Assembly (NCBI RefSeq): GCF_058153355.1 | Contig: NZ_CM177019.1 | Strand: one strand, 5' to 3' | DNA length: 64,000 bases | Part shown: positions 48,965 through 61,700 of the stretch, one piece after another | Layout: the number at the start of each line of letters is the position of its first letter | How positions within the stretch are numbered: position 1 is the first letter of the stretch | Position numbers and translations under genes: made by a program | Notes under the pieces: generated by a model | Told to the model about the DNA's origin: nothing | What the model saw: only the letters and a program-made list of their open reading frames with translations | Database searches by the model: none

Positions 48965-49129
48965 GATAATCAATAGTTTTTACCATATGAATAATGGATG
49001 TGGATTGTTTCTTTTTCATTTCTGATATGGAGTACAAAATGGGGTCACAATGAAGAAGCGATGAATGGAGGCGAGCTTGCATCTGCAAGCCTCTTCCCCT
49101 AATCTGGCACAAAATATAGAGATTCAACC

Positions 49130-49258
49130 AAACGACTCGGGGTGCCCTTCTGCGTGAAGGCTGAGAAATACCCGTATCACCTGATCTGGATAATGCCAGC
49201 GTAGGGAAGTCACGGACCACCAGGTCATTGCTTCTTCACGTTATGGCAGGAGCAAACT
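49130..49258 (+). ncRNA. TPP (THI-box) riboswitch in the thiM leader
   Basis: cggggtgcccttctgcgtgaaggctgagaaatacccgtatcacctgatctggataatgccagcgtagggaa matches the canonical thiM aptamer; the expression platform runs into the thiM ribosome-binding site. Confidence 0.8.
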
Positions 49259-50047
49259 ATGCAAGTCGACCTGCTGAGTTCCGCGCAATCTGCGCACGCG
49301 TTACACCTTTTTCACCAACATTCCCCTCTTGTGCATTGCATGACCAATGATGTGGTGCAAACCTTTACTGCCAATACCTTGCTGGCGCTCGGTGCATCGC
49401 CAGCGATGGTTATCGAAACCGAAGAAGCCAGTCAGTTTGCGGCTATCGCCAGTGCCTTGCTAATTAACGTCGGCACGCAGACGCAGCCACGCGCACAGGC
49501 GATGCGTGCTGCCGTTGAACAGGCAACACACTCTCAAACCCCCTGGACGCTTGATCCGGTCGCGGTTGGCGCACTCGATTATCGTCGCCGTTTTTGTCAT
49601 GAACTTTTATCTTTTAAACCGGCAGCGATACGTGGTAATGCTTCGGAAATCATGGCATTAGCTGGCGTTGCTAATGGTGGACGGGGAGTGGACACCACTG
49701 ACGCCGCAGCTAATGCGATACCCGCTGCACAAACACTGGCACGGGAAACTGGCGCAATCGTCGTGGTCACAGGCGAGGTGGATTATGTTACCGATGGTCG
49801 TCGCACCGTTGGCATTCACGGCGGCAATCCGTTAATGACCAAAGTGGTAGGAACTGGCTGTGCATTATCGGCAGTTGTCACTGCCTGTTGCGCATTACCA
49901 GGCGATATGCTGGAAAATATCGCATCTGCCTGTCACTGGATGAAACAAGCCGGAGAACGCGCCGTCGCCAGAAGTGAAGGGCCTGGCAGTTTTGTTCCCC
50001 ATTTTCTTGATGCGCTCTGGCAATTGACGAAGGAGGTGCAGGCATGA
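49259..50047 (+). CDS. thiM: Hydroxyethylthiazole kinase
   Basis: 262-aa ORF recognised as ThiM, directly downstream of the riboswitch. Confidence 0.9.
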   Translation: MQVDLLSSAQSAHALHLFHQHSPLVHCMTNDVVQTFTANTLLALGASPAMVIETEEASQFAAIASALLINVGTQTQPRAQAMRAAVEQATHSQTPWTLDPVAVGALDYRRRFCHELLSFKPAAIRGNASEIMALAGVANGGRGVDTTDAAANAIPAAQTLARETGAIVVVTGEVDYVTDGRRTVGIHGGNPLMTKVVGTGCALSAVVTACCALPGDMLENIASACHWMKQAGERAVARSEGPGSFVPHFLDALWQLTKEVQA

Positions 50048-50844
50048 AACGGATTAACGCTCTGACAATTGCAGGCACTGATCCCAGTGGTGGTGCGGGG
50101 ATTCAGGCAGATCTCAAAACGTTCTCGGCACTTGGTGCTTATGGTTGCTCAGTGATTACTGCACTGGTGGCGCAAAATACCCGTGGCGTACAGTCGGTGT
50201 ATCGCATTGAGCCTGATTTTGTCGCCGCCCAGCTCGATTCGGTGTTCAGCGATGTGCGAATCGACACCACTAAAATCGGTATGTTGGCGGAAACCGATAT
50301 TGTTGAAGCGGTGGCAGAACGGTTGCAACATTATCAGATCCAAAACGTGGTACTCGACACCGTTATGCTGGCAAAAAGCGGCGACCCTCTGCTTTCACCT
50401 TCGGCGGTTGCCACGCTGCGCAGTCGATTATTGCCACAGGTTTCATTAATAACGCCAAACTTGCCCGAAGCAGCTGCCTTGCTCGACGTGCCACACGCGC
50501 GCAACGAACAGGAAATGCTGGAACAAGGACGAGCGCTGTTAGCGATGGGCTGTGGCGCAGTGCTGATGAAAGGCGGTCATCTGGATGATGAGCAAAGCCC
50601 GGACTGGCTGTTTACCCGAGAGGGGGAACAACGGTTTACTGCACCGCGCATTATGACCAAAAACACCCACGGCACTGGTTGTACGATCTCTGCGGCGTTG
50701 GCTGTACTACGCCCGCGCCATACAAACTGGGCTGACACCGTTCAGGAGGCAAAAAGCTGGCTTTCATCGGCGTTAGCCCAGGCCGACACGCTGGAAGTTG
50801 GTCACGGTATTGGTCCGGTTCACCACTTCCACGCGTGGTGGTGA
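50044..50844 (+). CDS. thiD: Hydroxymethylpyrimidine/phosphomethylpyrimidine kinase
   Basis: 266-aa ORF; ATGA overlap with thiM. Confidence 0.9.
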   Translation: MKRINALTIAGTDPSGGAGIQADLKTFSALGAYGCSVITALVAQNTRGVQSVYRIEPDFVAAQLDSVFSDVRIDTTKIGMLAETDIVEAVAERLQHYQIQNVVLDTVMLAKSGDPLLSPSAVATLRSRLLPQVSLITPNLPEAAALLDVPHARNEQEMLEQGRALLAMGCGAVLMKGGHLDDEQSPDWLFTREGEQRFTAPRIMTKNTHGTGCTISAALAVLRPRHTNWADTVQEAKSWLSSALAQADTLEVGHGIGPVHHFHAWW

Positions 50845-50899
50845 GCACCTTACTATAGCTGCTTTGGTTATTGTCAGTATTTGGCGCTGACATTCAGGG

Positions 50900-51727
50900 A
50901 TGAAACCAATGCAGCTGAGAATCACCAGTCGAAAAAAATTCACCGCTTTATTATGCGCTCTTGGGCTAATTTCCATCGTTGCAATTTATCCGCGTCAGAC
51001 GGTGAATTTTTTCTATTCGACAGCTATTCAGATTAAAGACTACATCCACTTCTACGGTTATCGCCCGGTTAAATCTTTCGCTATTCGCATTCCTGCCAGT
51101 TACACCATTCACGGAATAGATGTTTCGCGCTGGCAGGAGCGGATCGACTGGCAGCGGGTGGCTAAAATGCGCGATAACGGTATTCGCTTGCAATTTGCCT
51201 TTATCAAGGCGACGGAAGGCGAAAAGCTGGTGGACCCGTATTTTTCGCGTAACTGGCAACTAAGCCGCGAAAATGGCCTGTTGCGTGGGGCGTATCATTA
51301 TTTTTCCCCGTCGGTATCCGCCTCAGTTCAGGCGCGATTATTTCTGCAAACGGTGGATTTCTCACAAGGCGATCTCCCTGCCGTGCTGGACGTAGAAGAA
51401 CGGGGAAAATTATCGGCAAAAGAATTACGCAAGCGGGTAAGTCAGTGGCTAAAAATGGTCGAAAAACGCACGGGAAAAAAGCCGATTATTTACTCAGGAG
51501 CCGTTTTTTATCACACCAATCTGGCGGGCTATTTCAATGAATATCCGTGGTGGGTGGCTCACTATTATCAACGTCGTCCGGACAATGACGGCATGGCCTG
51601 GCGCTTCTGGCAGCATTCCGACCGTGGACAGGTAGATGGCATTAATGGTCCGGTGGATTTTAATGTGTTTAATGGCACGGTGGAGGAGTTGCAGGCATTC
51701 GTTGGTGGGATTAAAGAAACGCCTTAA
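50900..51727 (+). CDS. yegX: Glycoside hydrolase family 25-like (lysozyme-type) exported protein
   Basis: N-terminal hydrophobic segment followed by a GH25-like sequence (…HGIDVSRWQERIDWQRV…); start codon is uncertain by 3 codons. Confidence 0.75.
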   Translation: MKPMQLRITSRKKFTALLCALGLISIVAIYPRQTVNFFYSTAIQIKDYIHFYGYRPVKSFAIRIPASYTIHGIDVSRWQERIDWQRVAKMRDNGIRLQFAFIKATEGEKLVDPYFSRNWQLSRENGLLRGAYHYFSPSVSASVQARLFLQTVDFSQGDLPAVLDVEERGKLSAKELRKRVSQWLKMVEKRTGKKPIIYSGAVFYHTNLAGYFNEYPWWVAHYYQRRPDNDGMAWRFWQHSDRGQVDGINGPVDFNVFNGTVEELQAFVGGIKETP

Positions 51728-51778
51728 ATAAGAAGCAGTGATATACTCCCACCAGACTCCCTGGCAGGAAAAAGACAA

Positions 51779-52525
51779 ATGGAACAAGCGCATACCCAGC
51801 TGATTGCCCAACTGAACGAACGTATTTTAGCGGCGGATAACACGCCGCTTTATATTAAGTTTGCCGAAACGGTGAAAAATGCCGTGCGCAGCGGGGTGCT
51901 GGAACATGGCAATATTTTACCCGGCGAGCGCGATTTAAGTCAGTTAACCGGCGTTTCGCGTATTACGGTGCGCAAGGCGATGCAGGCGCTGGAAGAAGAG
52001 GGCGTGGTGACACGTTCGCGCGGCTACGGCACGCAGATTAATAACATCTTTGAATACTCGTTAAAAGAAGCGCGAGGATTTTCTCAGCAGGTGGTGTTGC
52101 GCGGGAAAAAGCCCGATACGCTATGGGTTAACAAGCGAATGGTTAAATGCCCTGAAGAGGTGGCGCAGCAATTGGCGGTCGAAGCGGGTAGTGATGTCTT
52201 TTTGCTTAAGCGTATTCGCTATGTTGATGAAGAAGCGGTCTCTATTGAGGAGTCGTGGGTTCCGGCGCATTTAATTCATGATGTTGATGCCATCGGAATC
52301 TCTCTTTATGACTACTTCCGCAGTCAGCATATTTTTCCAAAGCGTACCCGTTCCCGCGTTAGCGCCCGGATGCCGGATGCCGAGTTTCAGTCACATATTC
52401 AATTAGATAGTAAAATACCGGTGCTGGTGATCAAGCAAGTGGCGCTTGACCAACAGCAACGGCCTATTGAGTACAGCATCAGCCACTGTCGCAGTGATCT
52501 ATACGTTTTTGTGTGTGAGGAGTAG
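51779..52525 (+). CDS. yegW: GntR/HutC-family transcriptional regulator
   Basis: N-terminal winged HTH (…SVRITVRKAMQALEEEG…) and UTRA-like C-terminal domain. Confidence 0.8.
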   Translation: MEQAHTQLIAQLNERILAADNTPLYIKFAETVKNAVRSGVLEHGNILPGERDLSQLTGVSRITVRKAMQALEEEGVVTRSRGYGTQINNIFEYSLKEARGFSQQVVLRGKKPDTLWVNKRMVKCPEEVAQQLAVEAGSDVFLLKRIRYVDEEAVSIEESWVPAHLIHDVDAIGISLYDYFRSQHIFPKRTRSRVSARMPDAEFQSHIQLDSKIPVLVIKQVALDQQQRPIEYSISHCRSDLYVFVCEE

Positions 52526-53464
52526 TTCCTCGCGGGTTGGCGCGCAATCACCGCCGCGATGCCCGACAACCCACGACGCCACTGCATTGCCCAGCAATAC
52601 GGCATCCGCCAGTGGCAAACCAGAGGCCAGTCCAGCTAATACGCCACCTGCATGACTGTCGCCCGCCCCAATGGTGTCTACAACTTGCGTTGGAAATGCC
52701 GGGATGCAGCCAGAAGCGTTATTGCTGAAATACCATGCGCCTTCTTTATCCAGACGGACGATCAACGACGCGGCAAATTTCTCCTGCCATTGTTTGCCAA
52801 GTGTTGTTATCTCTGCGGATAAAGCAAAACGTTCGGCGGCAATCTCAGCCTCTTGACGATTGAGTGACACTAAAGGTCGACAGGCCATGATCCGCGCCAG
52901 TAATGCATCCGGGATATCGCCAATACGTGGGCCAAAATCGATGAACGGCGTCACGTCTTGCAGACTCTCCAGCCATTCCACTAATAATTCACCGCAGGGC
53001 GAGGCCAGTTGATAACCGGAAAAATAGAGCAGGCTGCCAGGCGCAACGGTTAATCGCGCCAACCATTCGCGATTCCACTGATTTTCCACACCACTGAACG
53101 ACATAAACGTGCGTTCACCATCAGGCTCAACCAGCGCCAGACACCAGCCGTTATCGCCTTCGGCGTTATCGATGAGGCTGATTAATCCTTCTTTCGCCAT
53201 CCGGTTACGAATAATTTCCGCCCACACACCCTGGCCGAGCGGCAGGGCATTACCCGCTTCGATACCGAGGCGATTTAACGCCACGGCAATATTCAGTGCA
53301 CAGCCGCCAACGTTAACGCTCTGCTGTTTCAGTTCGATATCGCACCCACGCCAGGGTAGGGCATAAGCGTCGGCGATCACATCAATGACCGCCGCGCCGA
53401 CGACCATCACCGGCTGACGCGTGGTTAATTCAGGCAGCAGCGTGTGTAATCGAGCGCCGCTCAT
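52499..53464 (-). CDS. yegV: PfkB-family carbohydrate/nucleoside kinase
   Basis: PfkB-like motifs (DTIGAGDSHAGG); its 3' end overlaps the 3' end of convergent yegW by 27 bp. Confidence 0.8.
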   Translation of the reverse strand: MSGARLHTLLPELTTRQPVMVVGAAVIDVIADAYALPWRGCDIELKQQSVNVGGCALNIAVALNRLGIEAGNALPLGQGVWAEIIRNRMAKEGLISLIDNAEGDNGWCLALVEPDGERTFMSFSGVENQWNREWLARLTVAPGSLLYFSGYQLASPCGELLVEWLESLQDVTPFIDFGPRIGDIPDALLARIMACRPLVSLNRQEAEIAAERFALSAEITTLGKQWQEKFAASLIVRLDKEGAWYFSNNASGCIPAFPTQVVDTIGAGDSHAGGVLAGLASGLPLADAVLLGNAVASWVVGHRGGDCAPTREELLLTHKNV

Positions 53465-54465
53465 ACCGCCTCCCGTTGTTGGCGATACTTCGCCAGCGCC
53501 GTGGCGTAATGATTAAAATCAAGCTGATTTACCGCATCCAGCTCCGTCTTAAACGCAGGATCGATAGCGTTAACGCCATGCAATGCGCCGCAAATCGCCG
53601 TCGCCATAGCGCCGATGGTGTCTGTGTCGCCGCCAAGATTGGCGCACAGAATGGCGCAGCGATTCGGGTCGGTTTGTGCCAGTTCAACCAGCGCAATGGC
53701 GCACGGAACGGACTCAATAGTGCTGGTACCTGCGCCAATGACCTGGTAAAGCTGTTCGCTGGCGGATTCGGTGCCGTCGGCATTGCGCACAATTTTCAGC
53801 GCAATCTCCAGACGTGCTGCCAGTGAGGCGCTGAAGGTAGTGATGCGTTTTTGCTGTGCATGTCGCGCAATTGAAGGCAGTGAATCAACAATCGCTGACC
53901 AGCTTTCTCCGTCAATGGCACGAGAAACCGCCCATGCGATGACTACCGCGCCTGCCACCGCCAGATCGGATTTATGAGTCGGGCTGGACGCCAGCGCTAC
54001 ATCATCAATAAAGGAATCAACATCACGCGCCGGAAGCAAACAACCTAATGGCGAGACGCGCATCGCTGCGCCGTTAGTCACGCCATTGTTTTCCAGTTCA
54101 GCAACGGGTTTACCGTCGCGAATGGCGTTAAGCGCAATCTTCGAAGTTGGGCCAAGCACGTTTTTGTTAAAGGCGTTGAAACGCAGCGCCCAGTCGAGAA
54201 TATTACGCCCAATCAGATCCGGATCGATCTCGCCTTCACGTTCCAGTAACGCATCCGCCAGACACAGCGCCATTGAGGTATCGTCGGTGAATTCGGCGCG
54301 GTTAAAATAACAGGCCGCGTTATTCTCCTTTGGTCCAGGCAGAAAACGGTCAATCCAGCCAAAGTGTGCTTTAACGCGGCTGCGTGGCCAAAGCTCGGAG
54401 GGCATCCCCATCGCATCCCCTAACGCCTGCCCATAAAGAGCACCGAGAATACGTTCTGTTTTCAT
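53461..54465 (-). CDS. yegU: ADP-ribosylglycohydrolase-family protein
   Basis: 334-aa ORF with ADP-ribosylglycohydrolase-like N-terminus; ATGA overlap with yegV. Confidence 0.75.
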   Translation of the reverse strand: MKTERILGALYGQALGDAMGMPSELWPRSRVKAHFGWIDRFLPGPKENNAACYFNRAEFTDDTSMALCLADALLEREGEIDPDLIGRNILDWALRFNAFNKNVLGPTSKIALNAIRDGKPVAELENNGVTNGAAMRVSPLGCLLPARDVDSFIDDVALASSPTHKSDLAVAGAVVIAWAVSRAIDGESWSAIVDSLPSIARHAQQKRITTFSASLAARLEIALKIVRNADGTESASEQLYQVIGAGTSTIESVPCAIALVELAQTDPNRCAILCANLGGDTDTIGAMATAICGALHGVNAIDPAFKTELDAVNQLDFNHYATALAKYRQQREAV

Positions 54466-55739
54466 TTAACTTCCCCTTGTGTCAACGCAATATCGCGATC
54501 ATCGACCTTGATAGCCGTAATTTCGTTGTCGGATTCGCGGAAAAAAATCATGAACAGCACGGCGATAATGGCAATCATCACCGCGCCGAAAGTCCACATC
54601 CCGGACCAGTTGAAAGTCAGTCCGTTTACCGGTTCCGGATAAGCGAACATTTTCTCCATCATCACACCGCCAAGACGATAGCCGAGCAAACTGCCGAATC
54701 CCTGGCAGCAGAGCGTGATCAGCCCCTGCGCAGCGGTACGCATATGCACGGGGGCTTTTTTATCGACATAGATGTAAGCGGTAACGTAGTAAAAATCGTA
54801 ACTTACTCCATGCAGCAAAATGCCAAGGAACAGTAACGCGTAGGTGAAATATTCATCCGCACTACCGTAAATAAAGAAGCCATAGCGGATCGCAGCGGTG
54901 ACCAGACCAAGTAATAATACCTTTTTGATACCAAAGCGTTTGGTAAAAAACGGCAATGCCAGCATAAAGAAGATTTCAGAGAACTGGCCGAGCGTCATCC
55001 AGCCGGTGGCGTTTTTCATGCCGACTTCTGTCAGATAACCGTTGGCAAAGATGTAATAGAACGCCAGTGGCATCGCAAACAGGAATGAACAGAAGAAAAA
55101 GACGAGGAAGTTTTTATCGCGCAGCAGGATCAGCGCATCCAGGCCTAGCATGACTTTAATGTCCATTTTGCCGGTGCTTTTTGGCGGCGTGTCGGGCAGG
55201 AAAAACGCAAACACACCGAGTAATGCGGAGCTTCCGGCGGTAATTAATAGTGGAATATTGGTCGGTGAGATATCGTCATATCCCAGCATCTGAGGCAGGA
55301 ATCCGCAGACCAGGCCAGAGGCAATCCAGCCTATAGTCCCCAGTACGCGAATGCGCGGAAAATCGCGCTCCACATCCGGGACGTTAGCAAACGCGATGCT
55401 GTTAGTCAGCGCAATGGTCGGCATATAGGTCAATGAGTAGGCCAGCAGTAACGGGAAGAACCCGGCAAAAGTAGTCTGTTGCGCAGCGAAATACATCAGC
55501 ACCGCACCAGCGAACATCAATACCGCCAGCACTTTCTGCGCCGAGAAAAAGCGGTCAGTGATGGAGCCAACCAGAATTGGCGACAGGATCGCCGCAATGG
55601 CGGTACAGGCATACGACCAGCCAATTTCCCCGGCACTAAAACCGCTTTTACTTAACCACAACCACAATGGCACAAACCACGCGCCCCAGATAAACCATTC
55701 AACAAACATCATGAACGACAGCTTTGCTGTTGTTTTCAT
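54462..55739 (-). CDS. yegT: Nucleoside:H+ symporter-family transporter (MFS)
   Basis: 425-aa 12-TM ORF; ATGA overlap with yegU. Confidence 0.8.
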   Translation of the reverse strand: MKTTAKLSFMMFVEWFIWGAWFVPLWLWLSKSGFSAGEIGWSYACTAIAAILSPILVGSITDRFFSAQKVLAVLMFAGAVLMYFAAQQTTFAGFFPLLLAYSLTYMPTIALTNSIAFANVPDVERDFPRIRVLGTIGWIASGLVCGFLPQMLGYDDISPTNIPLLITAGSSALLGVFAFFLPDTPPKSTGKMDIKVMLGLDALILLRDKNFLVFFFCSFLFAMPLAFYYIFANGYLTEVGMKNATGWMTLGQFSEIFFMLALPFFTKRFGIKKVLLLGLVTAAIRYGFFIYGSADEYFTYALLFLGILLHGVSYDFYYVTAYIYVDKKAPVHMRTAAQGLITLCCQGFGSLLGYRLGGVMMEKMFAYPEPVNGLTFNWSGMWTFGAVMIAIIAVLFMIFFRESDNEITAIKVDDRDIALTQGEVK

Positions 55740-55995
55740 CTTTTAATTCCTTCATGACAGGTAATGTAAGGTACGCGATGACAATACCATTTAATAATAC
55801 CTTTTAAATACCTTTGCGGTGAAAACTTGACCGCGGTAACATTTTTTCTGATGAATCGAGCCAACAGAAAACGCTGAAAAAACATCCAAAAGATGGAAAA
55901 ACTCGCCTGTAACGACCAGGATTATGATTGCCCGCAAAAGGCGGGCCAGGACAATCCATAGCCGATATCCAATCGGAATTTACGGGAGCATAGTA

Positions 55996-57048
55996 ATGAC
56001 AGATATTGCGCAGTTGCTTGGCAAAGACGCCGACAACCTTTTACAGCACCGTTGTATGACTATTCCTTCTGACCAGCTTTATCTCCCCGGACATGACTAC
56101 GTAGACCGCGTGATGATTGACAATAATCGCCCGCCAGCGGTGTTACGTAATATGCAGACGTTGTACAACACCGGGCGCCTGGCTGGCACAGGATATCTTT
56201 CTATTCTGCCGGTTGACCAGGGCGTTGAGCACTCTGCCGGAGCTTCATTTGCCGCTAACCCGCTCTACTTTGACCCGAAAAACATTGTTGAACTGGCGAT
56301 CGAAGCGGGCTGTAACTGTGTGGCGTCAACCTACGGCGTGCTGGCATCGGTATCGCGGCGTTACGCGCATCGCATTCCATTCCTCGTCAAACTTAATCAC
56401 AACGAGACGCTAAGTTACCCGAATACCTACGATCAAACGCTGTATGCCAGCGTGGAGCAGGCGTTCAACATGGGCGCGGTGGCGGTTGGCGCGACCATCT
56501 ATTTTGGCTCGGAAGAGTCACGTCGCCAGATTGAAGAAATTTCTGCGGCCTTTGAACGTGCGCACGAACTGGGCATGGTGACCGTGCTGTGGGCCTATTT
56601 GCGTAACTCCGCCTTTAAGAAAGATGGCGTTGATTACCATGTTTCCGCCGACCTGACAGGTCAGGCGAACCATCTGGCGGCAACCATAGGTGCAGATATC
56701 GTCAAACAAAAAATGGCGGAAAATAACGGCGGTTATAAAGCGATTAATTACGGTTATACCGACGATCGCGTGTACAGCAAGTTGACCAGCGAAAACCCGA
56801 TTGATCTGGTGCGTTATCAGTTAGCTAACTGCTATATGGGCCGGGCAGGGTTGATAAACTCCGGCGGTGCTGCAGGCGGTGAAACTGACCTCAGCGATGC
56901 AGTGCGTACTGCGGTCATCAACAAACGCGCTGGCGGAATGGGGCTGATTCTTGGACGTAAGGCGTTCAAGAAATCGATGGCTGACGGCGTGAAACTGATT
57001 AACGCCGTGCAGGACGTTTATCTCGATAGCAAAATTACTATCGCCTGA
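55996..57048 (+). CDS. fbaB: Class I fructose-bisphosphate aldolase
   Basis: 350-aa ORF; start at [11 protein letters not shown]… with GGGAG upstream. Confidence 0.9.
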
Positions 57049-57064
57049 TACGCCTCATACGAAC

Positions 57065-57210
57065 AGCACTACCCCGTAGGGCGGATAAGGCGTTCACACC
57101 GCATCCGGCAACCTATGCCTGATGCGACGCTGAAGCGTCTTATCATGCCTACACAGCGCTGCCACGTATGCCGGATAAGGCGTTTACGTTGCATCTGGCA
57201 TAAAAACACG
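57065..57210. repeat. REP/BIME cluster (about three REP units) after fbaB
   Basis: Repeated ggataaggcgtt(c/t)ac(a/g)c(c/t)gcatc(c/t)ggca and tgcctgatgcgacgc units. Confidence 0.55.
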
Positions 57211-57217
57211 CGCACTT

Positions 57218-57248
57218 CGTTACGGCTTCCCCCGGGAGGCCGTTTTTT
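57218..57248 (+). terminator. Rho-independent terminator
   Basis: cggcttccc-cc-gggaggccg stem followed by eight T. Confidence 0.6.
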
Positions 57249-57298
57249 TTACCTGTCATTCTGATTAATTTTCATATTGTCGTTTTTGTGATCGTTAT

Positions 57299-58232
<934 letters not shown>

Positions 58233-58233
58233 A

Positions 58234-59510
<1,277 letters not shown>

Positions 59511-59519
59511 GGACGGTAT

Positions 59520-59969
59520 ATGACTAACCTGTTTGTTCGTAGCGGAATTTCTTTTGTCGATCGTAGCGAAGTTTTAACCCATATCGGTAATGAGATGATC
59601 GCGAAAGGTGTGGTTCATGAAACCTGGCCACAGGCATTAATTGCCAGAGAAGCAGAATTCCCCACCGGGATAATGCTTGAACAGCACGCCATTGCAATAC
59701 CGCATTGTGAGGCGATTCATGCTAAGTCGTCAGCTATTTATCTGTTAAGACCGGCGAATAAAATAAAGTTTCAGCAAGCTGATGATGATAACGACGTGGC
59801 GGTGTCGTTGATTATCGCGCTGATTGTCGAAAATCCGCAGCAGCAACTGAAGCTTTTGCGGTGCTTATTTGGCAAGTTGCAGCAACCAGATATCGTTGAA
59901 ACGCTAATCACCATTTCTGAATCGCAATTAAAGGAATATTTCACACAGCATATTTTAGATTCCGAATAA
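59520..59969 (+). CDS. gatA: Galactitol PTS enzyme IIA
   Basis: 149-aa ORF with PTS IIA-like sequence. Confidence 0.85.
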   Translation: MTNLFVRSGISFVDRSEVLTHIGNEMIAKGVVHETWPQALIAREAEFPTGIMLEQHAIAIPHCEAIHAKSSAIYLLRPANKIKFQQADDDNDVAVSLIIALIVENPQQQLKLLRCLFGKLQQPDIVETLITISESQLKEYFTQHILDSE

Positions 59970-60003
59970 CCAAAAACCTCTGTACCAATAAAAAGGATTG
60001 ATT

Positions 60004-60294
60004 ATGAAACGCAAGATAATTGTCGCTTGCGGAGGCGCGGTTGCGACCTCTACGATGGCGGCGGAAGAAATTAAAGAGTTGTGCCATAGCCATAATATCC
60101 CCGTTGAAGTAATCCAGTGTCGGGTTAATGATAATGAAATAGAAACCTATATGGATGGCGTACATCTTATTTGTACTACCGCCAGAGTTGACCGCAGTTT
60201 TGGCGATATTCCGTTAGTTCACGGCATGCCTTTTGTTTCTGGTGTCGGTATCGAAGCATTACAAAATAAAATTCTGACTATCTTACAGGGGTGA
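60004..60294 (+). CDS. gatB: Galactitol PTS enzyme IIB
   Basis: Small ORF with the active-site Cys near the N-terminus ([16 protein letters not shown]…). Confidence 0.85.
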   Translation: MKRKIIVACGGAVATSTMAAEEIKELCHSHNIPVEVIQCRVNDNEIETYMDGVHLICTTARVDRSFGDIPLVHGMPFVSGVGIEALQNKILTILQG

Positions 60295-60297
60295 CCT

Positions 60298-61653
60298 ATG
60301 TTTTCAGAAGTCATGCGTTATATTCTCGACCTCGGCCCTACGGTCATGTTGCCGATTGTCATCATTATTTTTTCTAAGATATTAGGCATGAAGGCAGGCG
60401 ATTGCTTTAAAGCGGGTCTGCATATCGGGATTGGCTTTGTTGGTATCGGCCTGGTGATTGGCTTAATGCTGGATTCCATTGGCCCGGCGGCGAAAGCAAT
60501 GGCGGAAAATTTCGACCTGAATCTGCATGTGGTCGATGTCGGCTGGCCGGGCTCTTCACCAATGACCTAGGCGTCGCAAATTGCGCTGGTGGCGATTCCG
60601 ATTGCGATTCTGGTTAACGTGGCGATGCTACTGACCCGTATGACGCGGGTGGTAAATGTTGATATATGGAATATCTGGCATATGACCTTCACCGGCGCAT
60701 TGCTGCATCTGGCAACCGGTTCATGGATGATAGGGATGGCGGGTGTGGTAATTCACGCGGCGTTTGTTTATAAGCTCGGCGACTGGTTTGCCCGCGATAC
60801 CCGAAATTTCTTTGAGCTGGAAGGCATTGCTATTCCGCACGGTACGTCGGCGTATCTGGGGCCAATTGCGGTGCTGGTCGATGTTATCATCGAGAAAATC
60901 CCAGGGGTTAACCGTATTAAATTTAGCGCCGACGATATTCAGCGCAAATTTGGCCCATTTGGCGAACCTGTCACCGTGGGCTTTGTGATGGGGCTGATTA
61001 TCGGCATCCTCGCGGGTTACGATGTCAAAGGTGTATTACAGCTGGCGGTAAAAACGGCGGCAGTTATGCTGCTGATGCCACGGGTGATTAAACCCATCAT
61101 GGATGGTTTAACGCCCATCGCTAAGCAGGCCCGTAGTCGTTTACAGGCGAAGTTCGGCGGTCAGGAGTTCCTGATTGGCCTTGATCCGGCGTTGCTGCTG
61201 GGGCATACGGCGGTGGTATCGGCAAGCCTGATTTTTATCCCGCTCACCATTTTAATTGCTGTTTGTGTTCCGGGTAATCAGGTACTGCCGTTTGGCGACC
61301 TTGCCACCATCGGCTTCTTTGTTGCGATGGCAGTTGCCGTGCATCGTGGAAATCTGTTCCGCACCTTAATCTCGGGTGTCATCATTATGAGCATCACCCT
61401 GTGGATCGCGACGCAAACTATTGGTTTGCACACCCAACTGGCGGCTAATGCTGGGGCGTTAAAAGCCGGGGGCATGGTGGCTTCAATGGATCAGGGCGGT
61501 TCTCCCATTACCTGGTTACTGATTCAGGTTTTCTCCCCGCAAAATATTCCCGGTTTCATTATTATCGGTGCCATTTATCTTACCGGTATTTTCATGACCT
61601 GGCGTAGAGCGCGCGGCTTTATTAAACAAGAGAAAGCCGTTCTCGCAGAATAA
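60298..61653 (+). pseudogene. gatC: Galactitol PTS enzyme IIC interrupted by an in-frame TAG at codon 91
   Basis: The two track ORFs 60298..60570 and 60589..61653 are in the same frame and separated only by TAG at 60568-60570 (…GWPGSSPMT*ASQIALVAIPIAILVN…). Confidence 0.8.
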
Positions 61654-61700
61654 TTTTTACCTGAGGGGGAGTTTATCCCCCTTAATAATCAGGAGTTTTT

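Noticed and set aside
49066-49100. Hairpin (gcttgca-tc-tgcaagc) upstream of the thiM riboswitch
   Set aside because: Not followed by a T tract and no clear associated transcript; could be part of the thiM promoter region but cannot be assigned from sequence alone.
57277-57292. Possible CRP site (TGTGA-N6-…) in the gat promoter
   Set aside because: Only the left half-site matches consensus; the right half (TCTCG/TCGACA) is poor, so I do not call it.
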